Shown piece by piece: positions 12,699 to 25,213 of a DNA stretch of 64,000 nucleotides. The translations under genes were made by a program, and so were the position numbers. The notes below the pieces were generated by a model that saw only the letters and a list, made by a program, of their open reading frames with translations, was not told where the DNA came from and did not search any database. How positions within the stretch are numbered: position 1 is the stretch's first letter; every line of letters starts with the position of its first letter. The DNA lies in assembly GCF_009914755.1 (NCBI RefSeq), contig NC_060935.1, one strand, 5' to 3'. This DNA comes from the human T2T-CHM13v2.0 reference genome, Homo sapiens.

Positions 12699-13709
12699 TA
12701 TTGGGGGAAACTGCCCCCAATATTTCAACGTAGGTTCTTTCTATTTTCCATAAGTGTCAGCTGGCTGAGAAATAGAGAGACAGTACAAAGAGAGGAACTT
12801 TACAGCTGGGCTGCTGGGGGTGACATCGCATATCAGTAGGACCATGATGCCAGCCTGAGTCTCAGACCAGCAAGTTTTTATTAAGGGTTTCAAAAAGGGT
12901 GGGGGTGTAAGAACAGGGAGTAGGTACAAAGATCACATGCTTCAAAGGGCAAAAAGCAGAACTACTAGTAAGGGTCTAACAAAGATCACATGCTTCTGAG
13001 GGAATAGGACAAAGGGCAAAAGCAGAACTACTGGTAAGGGTTTAACAAAGATCACAAGGCAAAGGGCAAAAGCAGAACTACTGATAAGGGTCTATTTTCA
13101 GCGGTGCACGTATTGTCTGGATAAACATCTTAAACAACAGAAAACAGGGTTTGAGAGCAGAGAGCCAGTCTGACCACAAATTTACCAGGGCAGAGTTTTT
13201 CCCCACACTAGTAAGCCTGAGGGTACTTCAGGAGACCAGGGCATATCTCAGTCCTTATCTCAAACACATAAAACAGACATTCCCAGAGCAGCCGTTTATA
13301 GACCTCCCCCAGGAATGCATTCCTTTCCCAGGGTATTAATATTAATATTCCTTGCTAGGAAAAGAATTTAGCGATCTCTTCCCTACTTGCACGTCCATTT
13401 ATAGGCTCTCTGCAAGAAGAAAAACATGGCTCTTTTTGCCCAACCCCGCAGGCAGTCAGACCTTATGGTTGTCTTCTGTTTTACAATCAATTTATACAGT
13501 TAACACAATTATCACAGTGGCCCTGAGGTGATGTATATCCTCAGCTTATGAAGATAGCAGGATTAAGAGATTAAAGTAAAGGCAGGCATAAGAAATTATA
13601 AAAGTATTATTTGGGAACTGATAAATGTCCATGAAATCTTCACAATTTATGTTCCTCTGCCGCAGCTTCAGCCAGTCCCTCCATTCAGGGTCCCTGACTT
13701 CCTGCAACA
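12699..13709 (-). mobile_element. MER11B/C solo LTR (HERV-K11/HML-8)
   Basis: Reverse complement starts TGTTGCAGGAAGTCAGGGACCC and ends GGGGGCAGTTTCCCCCAATA; internal ~50-bp repeats (acaaagatcaca...aaagggcaaaagcagaactact) at 12926-13092. Confidence 0.92.
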
Positions 13710-15665
13710 GACAACTTCTTGGTATCCTGAACATATCTCAACTATAGCAGTGATTATATTTTGTTTTAATTGCCACCTTCCATGTCAAATTCTCCTATAG
13801 ACTGTGAACTCTTCAAAACCTACTGCATATCACCATGCCTTGTGACATGATAAAATATTAGCCTTATTGAAAAGATAAACCAACAAATGACTATTGATTG
13901 GGTAGCTCATATAATCAAGAAATACCAATAAACTGTATCAAACCATCCTTCCTCCCTCCCCCAAAATGTATAATCATCCTGAAACCTTCATGCCTCATTG
14001 TCTGTTATTGATTTAACCAACTTGCTCTGGTCTAATAAAACATGGCCCATGTGCTGACCTGTTTCTCTTTGCCAAAGTGACTTGGTTAATATTAAATTCT
14101 AAGGTTTTCTCAAATATCAGAAGCACTTGAAAAGCAATGCTTAAAGAACTGGAAAGACTGTAGTTCTTTCAGTTCTGGTTACTCCTCACAGAGAGAAAAG
14201 AGTTAAAATTAGGGATTCAGAACCAGTGGCTGGATATCACCTCAACTTTCAGAGATGATACAGTAAGTCACCGAGGCCTGTGGAATGTGTTCAGTACTAA
14301 CGAATATTAGCATAGTAAAAAATAATTAATGCAGCTCTAGGGAGGCCTAATTTACACTTAGCAATTTTCGTCCTGGAAATTCTGGCTCATTATGCAAACT
14401 GCTGTGCTTAATAACCCAGAAACTTTGACAATATATGCATTTATAGCCTAATTAGGCTTTCATACATACACACACCTACTAACCTATGCCAATGTCCTTA
14501 TGCAACTAGCTGGTGGAAGAGCAAGAAGTGGCTCCGTGCACCTGCATGTATCTTTTTACTACTAAAGCCACTATCTGACGCCTACAAAAATTCCTATTTC
14601 TGCAGAAACAGCTATGCTGACATCAAAGAAGCAATGGTTTCCAGTCCACAACTACTACAAGAGGCACCATTCTTCATTCTTAAACAGGGGGCTTTATTTT
14701 GTTTCTATAAAATGACACATTCCCCAGCTAGAAAAGAAGAGCATTGCTCACAATGATATTGAGATCGCAAGTTCTCATTCTGTCACTTTTTAGGAAGGCT
14801 TACCTTCCTAGGGCAATTTTCTTACCAAGGAAGGAAGAAATCAAACGGATCAGCTAGAGTCAGGCTTTTCCTGAATTCAGTTGGTAATATCTGTTTTAGT
14901 TTCCTTGGCAAATTTGCATTTCCTCTGTGTTCCACTTCCTTTGGGAGAGCCCGGTTTGCAAGCCAATTATTTTTTACATTTTTCTTTCTGTTTTCTCAAT
15001 TAAGCATTTTTATGAGCATTTAATCATGAAGAATGAGAGAGCTAACGGAAAGCATTTGACCTTATCTGTGTGGCGCTCCCACTAAAAGGTCTATGCATTC
15101 CAGGAATATACCTTCATCTTTTCTTGCTGACCCCAAAGGATCACTTGATCCCAGAGGTTGCTTCTTAACAGGTGAAATAAGAGGAAAGAAGAGCTGTACC
15201 TACCATATCAAAGCTCTCCTCAACCCCCAGCTCCCAAGAGTAGACATATGCTGTTCTAATCTACCATTTTGATTTTATCATCTATTTGGAGTTGAGCAAT
15301 ATAACTTGGCTGTTAACACATACAGTATCTCAGAGTTATTTCTAAGCAGTGTCCATGAAGAGAAGCCCTAAGAACATACAGATCAAGAGTCATTCATCAG
15401 CTAAACAATATTCCCTTAACAAATGGGGCATATTGAATACCTGCTATGGGCCAGACACAGTTATAAGCAGGAGGCATATAACAGACTGGTGTGGTGCCAA
15501 GGAAGAAAGGCCTAGTGACTTGGGCATTTCTAATATGAATAACATTTAATAAAGTCCATTATAAATCAACAATCAACTTTAATGAACTAGCCCCTTCTCT
15601 GAGGTTATCGTCTTATGTAAAAAGAATGTAATCCCATCTGATTTCTTCATTTTATCAATTCACAG

Positions 15666-15864
15666 AATGCCAATACTGGGGCTCAGAGCTCCAGCTACCC
15701 ACTTTGGATTTTGAAGATGTTTTAAGATATGATGAACACGCATACAAGTGGCTCTCCACCCTCAAGAAAGTAGGCATAGTAAGACTCACCGGAGCATCTG
15801 ACAAACCAGGAGAAGTTTCAAAACTTGGGAAAAGGATGGGTTTCCTCTATCTCACATTTTATGG
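15666..15864 (+). CDS. BBOX1: Gamma-butyrobetaine dioxygenase internal coding exon, 199 bp, about E112-G178
   Basis: Acceptor ...aattcacag|AA TGC CAA TAC TGG translates as (E)CQYWGSELQLPTLDFEDVLRYDEHAYKWLSTLKKVGIVRLTGASDKPGEVSKLGKRMGFLYLTFYG; donor GG|gtgagt. Matches recalled human BBOX1; not in the ORF track. Confidence 0.97.
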
Positions 15865-16094
15865 GTGAGTCACCAAATGGTTTGTATTCTGCCATCACAG
15901 ATAAGGTTTGAAATAGTTCCCAACTGAGGACGACCGCCTTGATTGAAGATACAGAAATTCTCATAATGTCTTGAGTAGGAAGTCAGATAAAAAGAAGAGT
16001 CTAAAAGTAGTATTTTGCTGAGAATGATAATTTTTTAAGAGACCAAAAGCCCAAAGACACCAGGCACCAAAGACATCAGGCTAGTTATAGGTGG

Positions 16095-16443
16095 TGTATA
16101 TAATCTGCTTGGGCTGCCATAACGAAATATCACAGATCAGATAACTTAAACAGCAGAAAATTATTTATTTGTTTTTTTACAGTTCTGGAAACTGGAAGTC
16201 TAAGATCAAGGTTCTGGCAGGGTTGGTTTCTGATGAGGCTTATGTCTTGTGGCATGCAGATGACTGCCTTCTCACTGTGTCCTCGCATAGCCTTTCTTCT
16301 GTGCATAGCACACTCCTGCTGTCTCTTCTTCTTCTGATATGGACACCAGTCCTATTAGCTTAGGGCCCAGGGCTCAATCTCCAAGCATTGGGGGTTAGGG
16401 CTTCAACATATGAATTTGGGGGGACATAATTTATTCCGTAACA
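16095..16443 (-). mobile_element. MLT1A-type MaLR solo LTR
   Basis: TG...CA termini; gggctgccataac, acagttctggaaactggaagtctaagatcaagg and catatgaatttgggggg motifs; 5-bp TSD-like flanks ggtgg/ggtga. Confidence 0.85.
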
Positions 16444-16865
16444 GGTGAGATGAAAGACTGTGTTTCTCCAAGACTTTACAACATATTAAACTTTATGTTA
16501 AAGTTCATTAAACTTTTACCTCCCAAGAGTTGGCTGAAAATAAAGTTGGGCCCTGAGAAATTAAAATCAGTCACAGACATGTTTAAAAGATAAAACTAAC
16601 ATTCATAAAATTAGGCCTATGTGGTTTAGTAAGTAACAGGGAGATATAATTGATTTTAACTTTGGAACAAGAGGCTGTTTGCATAAGAATTTCCTGGGAG
16701 GTAACATTAATTATGGATGGTTAAACACTAACAACAGGAAACACTTATGTAGATGTGGGAGTATAACTGTATTTCTTTAGAGTGAGTCCCTTATGTGGGA
16801 TTAATGCAATTATTCTTGGGCTCATAGAGTAGAGAGCATTGAAAGTGAAAGGGACCTTCCAACTC

Positions 16866-17175
16866 CAAAGGTTACAACTGGAAGCACACGAGCTGTATTC
16901 AGATGTTTGGTTTGGCCCACATGATGTTGAAAGAAAATGGAATTAGTCGTTACCACTTGAAAACTGGGAGATTTTACATTACATGTGGACCTGACTTTTC
17001 TTGAAAAATCATATCTAGCAACAACAGAGCCTAAATCCTTGCATGCCAACAATCTACTGGATACAAGTAGAGGCTGCCCTTGAAGAGAGGTAGACTCACT
17101 CTCCAGTTTGCCAGAATCCTCCACGCTCTCCAGACCTGCAAGGGCCCTGCTACTCTTTACGTTTGCCACCCCTAA
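16866..17175. mobile_element. MER102-like hAT-Charlie element
   Basis: ttttcttgaaaaatc...tagcaacaacagagcc...gcatgccaacaatc...ggctgccc...ctctccagtttgcca. Confidence 0.7.
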
Positions 17176-18404
17176 ACTAGAGTAAGACTTGGTCTGTAGA
17201 TAAACAGGAGACCAAAAATATTCAATCACTGAAAGACTCTGCCATCTCTGCCATGTTTAGACTTAGACAACACAGCACCTACTCTGACTCCGAAACTTAC
17301 ATTTACCATTAGTGGATTTGTGTTGTATAAAATTTGTATCTCCCTTACACCTGCAAGAATTTGAGCTGCCCTAGAGATTACAGCAACAACAACAGACAAA
17401 GGAAAGAGGGGGAAAAGTCTCAAAATTATTAAGAGCCTTAACTGTATTATGTATTGTTCATTTAATTCTCACAACAACTTTCTGAAATAAATATTATCCT
17501 TCAGTTCACTGATAAGGAAACTGAAGCGCAGAGAATTAATCTGTAACCCAAGTGCCCACAGATAGTAATAAAGGAACCAGAGTCTGTCCTATCTATGGAC
17601 TTTCTGCTCTACCTTGCTGTCAATAATATGAAGAAAGCACATGGAAAAGAAGAGCTTTTAGCCACTGGTGTTAAACAGGACACTTTGAAACAAATCTCTT
17701 CTAAGTCGTTTTACTTAGTTTTTATTTGCTGACAACAAACTTTTTGTATCTGTTCCAAGGCATTTCACAATTTCATAAGAGTGGCCAAATTTGGGGATCT
17801 TTGTTGGAGTTCTCTAAACTACCCTGCAAACCCATCACACTAGGGGTCACAATCTAAGCTTGATTTATTACGTGTGTTGTTTTGTTTTTGCAGGTCCTAT
17901 AAAAGGGCTTAATAATTTGGCCACTGATCTAATATTGTGAAATTATTGGAATAAATACTAAAGGTCTGTTGTCAAAACAAATCAGAACTCCTACTACCAT
18001 TCCATGTCCCTTATGGGCCTTGCCACCTAACCAGATAAGTTAACCTACCCATCTCACCTTCCTTAGATTATCACATTTCTTACCTGAATCTCTCAAATTA
18101 TGTGCATGCCAGAAAACGCCTTTCTTTCCAGCTTACCCCTTACTTCTACCACTGGTTATCAAGATCTCTCTACATATTTTTTGACAATTTTTAATTCTCT
18201 ACCTCAAGAACTGACAGAACAGTTTTGTTGTTTTTGTTATTGTTGTTTTATTTGCTTTTTTGTTTTTGTTGATATTCAGAGAATAAGAAAAATAAATATT
18301 TTCTCTAACATTGTCCCCTTTTTCCATTTCTCTGCATAGTAATGTGCAAAAGTGATACTGAAGTCTGGGTAACGTAGATTTAAAAGAAGAAAGAATACTT
18401 AGAA

Positions 18405-18591
18405 CAGTGGTTTTCAACCTAAGCTGCTTATTGGAATAGCCAATTTAAAAAATACTGACATCTGCATCCCATCTCCAGAGCTTGTTTTTCTTTTTTTATT
18501 TTTTTAACAGTACTGGTATTTGGCCTGAGTATCAGGACTCTTCAAAACTCTGCAGGTGATTCTCATGTGCAGCCAAGGTTGAGAACCTCTG
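18405..18591. mobile_element. MER5A (hAT-Charlie)
   Basis: Ends cagtggttttcaacc and caggtgattctcatgtgcagccaaggttgagaacctctg. Confidence 0.8.
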
Positions 18592-21500
18592 GCTGAAAGG
18601 AAAGGGGACTTCAATAGAAGTCAGGTCTCCATTGGGATAGAACTGGGGTGCTTTATATCATCTGAACTCTCACAATGATGTGCACAAAATGGCATTTACC
18701 ACGTTATTCTTTCTACTTTGTTTGTGCCTGGATATGACATCTTCAGAACAGACTCAGTAGCTGCCTTAAACAATGTCCCTCCCTTTCATATCTTTGTTTC
18801 TCCACTGGAAAAGTATCTTACTCTTGTTTCAAAAATAATTAGTTGGTGAGTGAGTGAATGGAATGAATAAATGCACACAATAAATAATGGAGAAAAGAGA
18901 TTAAACAATAGAAGAGGGGTAGAAAAAGGAAAGTAGGAACAGATTAAAAGTAAACTTTGCTCTCCATGCAGATTTTTCAAGGAAGCTTATGACTGCTCTT
19001 GGTTAGATGCCTAAAACAATAATAGCTTGCTGATGGTGCCACGTTAGACATGCCTTCCTTGGGAAACTAGTACCCACCTCGCACTTTGCCATTCAAGTAG
19101 GGTTATTAGTTTCAAAAATGTTAAATGCATGAGTCTAAAATGAGAATGAGAATAGCTATTTTTGGTTCTTGGCTGTCATCTCAGTTGTTAGGTGGTTGGT
19201 TGGATGAACAAAAAAACAGTAGATTCCAGCATTTCATGTAGTCTTCATATACAGAAGGCAAGGAATAAATGTTTAATGAATAAATCATGCCTAAATCTTT
19301 GTAAAGGACTATAAACCAGCAGATAAATACAATAATTATTAGAATCTTTCACCATTATAAACTATGTTCAACTAAATCAAAATGGCAATAACTTTCAGGA
19401 CAAAAGTGCATGTCATTTTCCACATCTGTATTTTCTCAGATGCTTGTCATTATTTTGTCAGCACATCATCATCTAGACAATATTTTTTTATGCAACCATG
19501 TGAAATGCTCAGTAACTTTACTCACTTGATAATGATGAATACTTTCCTAGGACAAAAGAATAAGAGTAGGTAAAGAAATTCTCATTGTCAATTTTGTCAA
19601 ATACATGTAAACATGGAGCAGTATGTAAAAAGACAACCTTTCGAGAATTTAAAGCTTTGATTTAGCACAAAGTTTTTACAGACTAGGCCAAAATGCCTCA
19701 TCTCATGTCCTTTCTCCCCCACCAAAAAAAAGAAAATCAATGAAAATAATTTTCTGGAGCCCTTTTAGGAAAGGTGATATTATTGAATAAATGAATTTTA
19801 TGACATGACTTAATCCATTGGGAAACAGTTATTGTAAACTACATTCTATCATACACTGTCATTTTCAATGATTATACCAAGTTAGGATGTTTTTTCAGAA
19901 TGTATCCTACGAAGTAAATCCCAAAGAAAGTACAATTTCTGTCAATCAAACAGAGTATCTTTCTTGAATACTAATAATACGTGCATGGCACTGTACCAGG
20001 CATTTTGTTGGGTTTAGATTTGGGTTTCTACTTTATGAAAAAATACCTTTTGTAATTGCTGTATGTGGGTAAATGTAAATACTTGAATTGGCTTCCTTTA
20101 AATAATCTAGGCCAATAAAAATTCCATAAAGCGAAGGAACAGACTGAAAAGTAACCCCGGACTTTTGGCATTCCAACTGAGGGAACATGACAGTCAATAT
20201 ATGCCAACAGCAGTTCAAAGAGGGTGGATAACAGGAAGGTGATCCCCAGGATGATGCAAAGCATGGTCAAGATGGGGAAATACTCATCTACCAATATTAT
20301 CTTCAGACAAAATGAATCCACTCCTCAAAATTTACACAGGCTACCGTTGTGTAAATAGGTGTGGCAAAATAATATAAATTTAATTAAGATTATGCAATGT
20401 CGTGCAGCCCTTCCTCCCCATCCTCAAGCTAATCCAACTCAGACACATGCCATTTCTATGACATGCCATTCTTCCCTATTCCTGGCCATCCCCTAAATCA
20501 GTCCCTTTCTCACTTGTTTGTTCAGGACCGCTTCTTTCTCTTCCTGCTTAACCTTTTGTTTGCTGCATGTATCTCTCTTGCTTTTATATCTCCTGGACCT
20601 TTATTCTGACTACAGACAACCTGTGCCAAGTCTTCATGTCTTTTTGGCTGCTTTTTGGCCTTTCTTGCCCTTTTCACTTGACTTACTAACATTTTTCCTC
20701 TTCCCTTCCAACCACCACACCTGCTACATCCTCCCATTGATCTGGCATCCTCTGCAGCGCTACAGTAGAAATTCTCTCCCAGCCTCTGTTCTGTGAAACC
20801 ACTACCAGTACCTCATCCCCAAGCCCTGGCATTATAATAAACCAAAATAATTATATGCTCCTCACTCAAATGAACGAGTTTTGCACTCTTGATGGCCCAT
20901 CAGGAAAGAGAAGTGGAAATTCTCTCCCACAAACTCTTAACATAAAGTAAGGCAATTTCTACTTTTTGTTGCAGATTCTATTTTTAGTAGTAATACATGC
21001 ATTATATTAATAAAACAAAATGAACAACACTTGTGTAAGATGTCACTACTGTTTTTTATGCTGGACTGTAGCAATGCATGGCTTTATCATACTATAATTC
21101 TGGTAAGATAATATTGAGAAATTCAGACAATCTTCTCTAAAATGGCAAAACTCAAACCCTGAAAATTCCTTTTTTAATGAGTTGGACAACTAAATAAACT
21201 GGAGAGTCCAGGGAATTATTATTTACATAAGCTGATCTGTGAGTATGTTTGTGTTCATGACACAGAGAAAGGGAGAGAAAGAAAGACTTGGTGGGAAGGG
21301 TACAGTGTCATTTTAAAAAATATTTGTCAACTATATTTTATATTATTAATTAACTATCCTGCTTGTAACTCTACCAGTCTAACCTTTGAAAACTAAGAAG
21401 GCTTATATCATTGCCATTGCCACTGTCATGTTGAGCTTCTTATAGGCATAAATGGTGGCGTAATCAAGGTCGTATCTTTACTGTTAACTCAGCACCTGAC

Positions 21501-24182
21501 ACACAATTACGTCTCAGGAAATTTTAATGAAAGGGAATATGTGCTAAGTAAGATATTGTAGACTTCCATCTGAACAAGACAACAAAAGCTCTTTGACAAC
21601 ATTGTCAAAATTTATCAGTCCATAATTTAAAAGTTAACCTCATGGGAAACTCAGAGTGACTCTTCTTCCCCAAAAAGTCAAGCAGAAGAGAATAAAACTT
21701 CTAACCTTAGCTAGCGAGACATCCTTCTTTTCAGAACTGAGCCCAGCAGTTCAGATTTGTTTTTTTTCTAAGAATGTTTTATTTGCTGGCACCAACAAGT
21801 TGCATTAATACATGTAATGAGGGTTACACTGGTAAGAATAATGGGGTAAAACTGGAAACAAAAATCTGAAATATGAAATTCAACTTCAGGGAATGAAATA
21901 AAGAAGGCAAGAGGCAATAGGAAAAGGAGATAAAATAAATGTGGATCTTGGTGGTAGTCAACTTTTATCTTGTATAGCACTGCATGGAAGCTATATAACT
22001 GTTGAATAAAACTTATAAGGCCACAAGTTTATAGTAGAAAATATAAATAAATACTTTGGAAACTTTACGCCCAAAACGTTTAGGAAGAATTGGGGACCCA
22101 GTGCCCCCCAGCATCTGTACTGGATTACGTCCTTGAGAGCTGCTCATAGGATCAACAGGGAAGCAGTCTAATCATGGCTTCACCATGGGCTGTTTGTAAG
22201 CGAGAAGTCGATCTGAGCTTTTCATGTGATTTCCCAGATCTCTCTGATCCTCCTCTACTGCGGACTTGCCTCACTCTTTCTGCAGGGGTGTTTTAATACC
22301 TGCTATGTCCTTTGAGGTCCTTGGGTGAAAGTTTGCTTGAAAAATGTAGAATGCTACTACTACTGCCCAGTGTTATATCTTCATGAGTTCCTTGCAGGCA
22401 GGCTTCATTGGATAAATAAAATAAGGTCAAATAGAAATGTGTCTAGTGAGTTGTTGATCTAATCCACCAGCCAGACCAGTTAAGGATTCACAACACTGAA
22501 ATGGCCTCTGGGAAGTACAACTATAATATATAGCTTTCCAGTATCCACTAGACTCCTGTTTGCATTTCTGAAAGTTGTCTTGTAAGCCAGCCCAGCAGCA
22601 TTTCACACATTAGATTGGATTCAAGGATGTACAAGTGAAAAATATTACTATTTCTCGGCATCTCACCCCTAAGAAATTGCTCCTACCATGAATACAGCCT
22701 CCAAATCTGACTTTGAAACAGCTACTTGTTTGAAATACTTGTTACCAGAAAACAGTTGTGAAGTATGGGGATTAGAGAAAGAAAAAACAAGTTTACCCAT
22801 TTGTTGATGTTTCTAATTAGGAAATTGCTTGAGAAAACCACCCAGCCCTTCTTGAATAAAAATGTCTTCTGGGTTATGAAAAATCAACCTAGAAATAATT
22901 CAAACTTGAGAAGAAGACAAAGAAAAATTGCCTGAGTTCTAAATTTAATTGTAATCCCATTCTACTTTTTAAAAATTTACACTGGGACTCCTTAATAACT
23001 TAATGTGCTAATTATAATGCTTGGGTAGAGGGACAAAAAAACTCTTTAAAATGTGTATTCTAGTAAGTATTAGGGTTTCTTGAGCAGAGTAACAAGCTAT
23101 GTTCTTTGAGCCATTGTGAACCTCAGCTTATGTTATCAGCCAAGAGCCAGTCTCCAGGGTTCCCTTTGTAATATTAAGTTTCATAGTAATTAATACTGCT
23201 GCCAACAAAACCACTTGAGTATGAAGTCATCTCATGAATGAAAGGAAAAATAATTTCTGTGTCTCATGCTCTTTTAGAAATCACTTGAGGAAATGTATGA
23301 GATAACCAATTAAGGCAATTGCTTTTCAACAGGTCCTCTGACACCCCACCCCACCCCCAGCACACACACATACAACCTTCCTTCCTTGCTTGTACTCTGT
23401 GCAGCCAGGACAGGTGGCTGTTATTGGGATGGTAGAAATAATTTTTTATTAAGCCCCTTTTATGTACTAAGTATTGAGCTCAGCAGTTTACACTCATTAT
23501 TTTGAATCTTCACAATTCTGAGAAGAATCATTAACCCATTATCCCCCAAAAAAATGAGGCAGAAGAATCAGGCTACAAACCCAGGTTTGCTTGACTCAAC
23601 AGCCTGCAGTCTTTCCTTTATACCATGCTACTATGGTGGTTCATTGTTATCTAACATTTACCTCCTAATTTCCAATGCCATAATAACTGTTAATTGCTCA
23701 GATGCAAGGAGATAATTAGACAGCATTATATAGAAATTTATCAAATTAAGTAGAATGACAGCACCAGAATATTCATTGCTTTCTCCTAAGTTAAAATTAT
23801 CACCAACCATTTACATAAAGGGAAAATGGCAATTAATACAGAATCAGAAAACATTTTATTCAATATTTCACATTAAAAAATCAAAACTAATACCCAATTC
23901 TTGTTCTAATAAAATGCATTAAGCAAAATTTGACTGCCTCCAACTCAAAAAGAACCCTACTAAATATATTTAATGTGGAATTCTCATTAATTATTTCACA
24001 TTTTTGCAATGTACTACATTATTTGTTTTTTATAATGAAGCCTTTGGGGCTTCCTTTGGAGCAAATTGCTATAACTTTTTCTTTATGTTTTTACAGGTAG
24101 TTTTCATCCTTCTATCACTACCTGACTTCATTTTTATTAATGGCAGTATTATTAACCTTTAAAAATAAATGTACAACAAAGA

Positions 24183-24545
24183 TTTCTTTTTTTATTTTAT
24201 TTTTAAATTATTTTTGCAGTTTTATTGAGGTACAAGAGACAAAAACTGTATATATTTACAGTGTACAACATGACATTTTGATTGCCACAATCAAGCTTAT
24301 TAACATATCCATTCTTTCACATAGTTATCTTTATATTTTGTGGCAAAAAGACCTGACATCTACTTTGTTAGGAAATTTCAAGTATATGATACATTATTAT
24401 CAACTATTGTCACCATGCTGTTCTTTAGGTCTCCAGTACTTATTCATATAATAACCAAATGTTTCTACCATTTTGACAAGTATCTCCCCTTTTCTCCTAC
24501 TCCCATCCCTTGTAACCACTGTTCTATTCTCTGTTACTAAGAATG
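24183..24545 (-). mobile_element. L1MA-type (about L1MA8-10) 3' end
   Basis: T-rich tail, then ttgaggtac...tacagtgtacaacatga...atcaagcttattaacatatccat...gtaaccactgttctattctctgtt. Confidence 0.75.
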
Positions 24546-25213
24546 ACTTCAGACAACCAAAATGAATACATACGTTGACATAAGCTTGGTGCTGAGCAGT
24601 AAATTTATGTTTATGTCAATTAAATTGTAGGGGAGGAAAAAAAGGATATTGAACAGCTAAAAAATAGAAAAAGCAAAGTACAGTGCTAAGGATGCATGTG
24701 GTTGATAATACTCTAAACCAGGAAAGAAAGGAAGTGAATACCATAAAATTTAGGAAAGCTGTTACATTTGGGGAGAAAAGTGAGGTTTGTGTTTGTTAAA
24801 ATAGGTTTCCTGTGGTAAAATATAATACAGATACAGAAAGTCGCATAAAATAAATGTATAGCTTAATGAACTATCATAAGGCAAACACCCTTAAACACCA
24901 GCCAGGTCAAAAAATGGAACGTTGCCAGCCACCCCAAAACCCATTGACATATCCCAACCAAGCATAAACCTTGCCTTTTTCCCCAAGTGTAATGGCTTTC
25001 CTAAGTTTTATGGTGTTCACTTCCTTTCTTTCCTGGTTTAGAGTATTATCATCAACAAGCATCCTTACTACTGCAGTTTGATTCTTCTACTTTTCAGTTT
25101 TTCAATATCTTTTTTTCCTCCCCTACAATTTAACTCACGTAAACATAAATTTACTGCTCAGCACCAAACTTAGCTCAATGTATCTATTCATTTTGGTTTT
25201 CTGAAGTCCATTC
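24541..25213. repeat. Long inverted repeat: ~255-bp arms (24541-24796 and 24957-25213) with ~160-bp spacer
   Basis: Hand alignment of arm 1 against the reverse complement of arm 2 gives about 34 differences in about 250 bp, with long exact blocks such as tgataatactctaaaccaggaaagaaaggaagtgaa. Confidence 0.92.

Noticed and set aside
12926-13092. Regularly spaced repeats superficially like a CRISPR array
   Set aside because: Internal tandem repeats of a MER11 LTR in mammalian DNA; no unique spacers or cas genes.
16822-17229. 135-aa minus-strand ORF
   Set aside because: Overlaps a MER102-like element, with no recognisable domain or splice context.
21592-21609. Palindrome TTTGACAA-CA-TTGTCAAA
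   Set aside because: 8-bp arms are expected by chance in 64 kb of AT-rich DNA.
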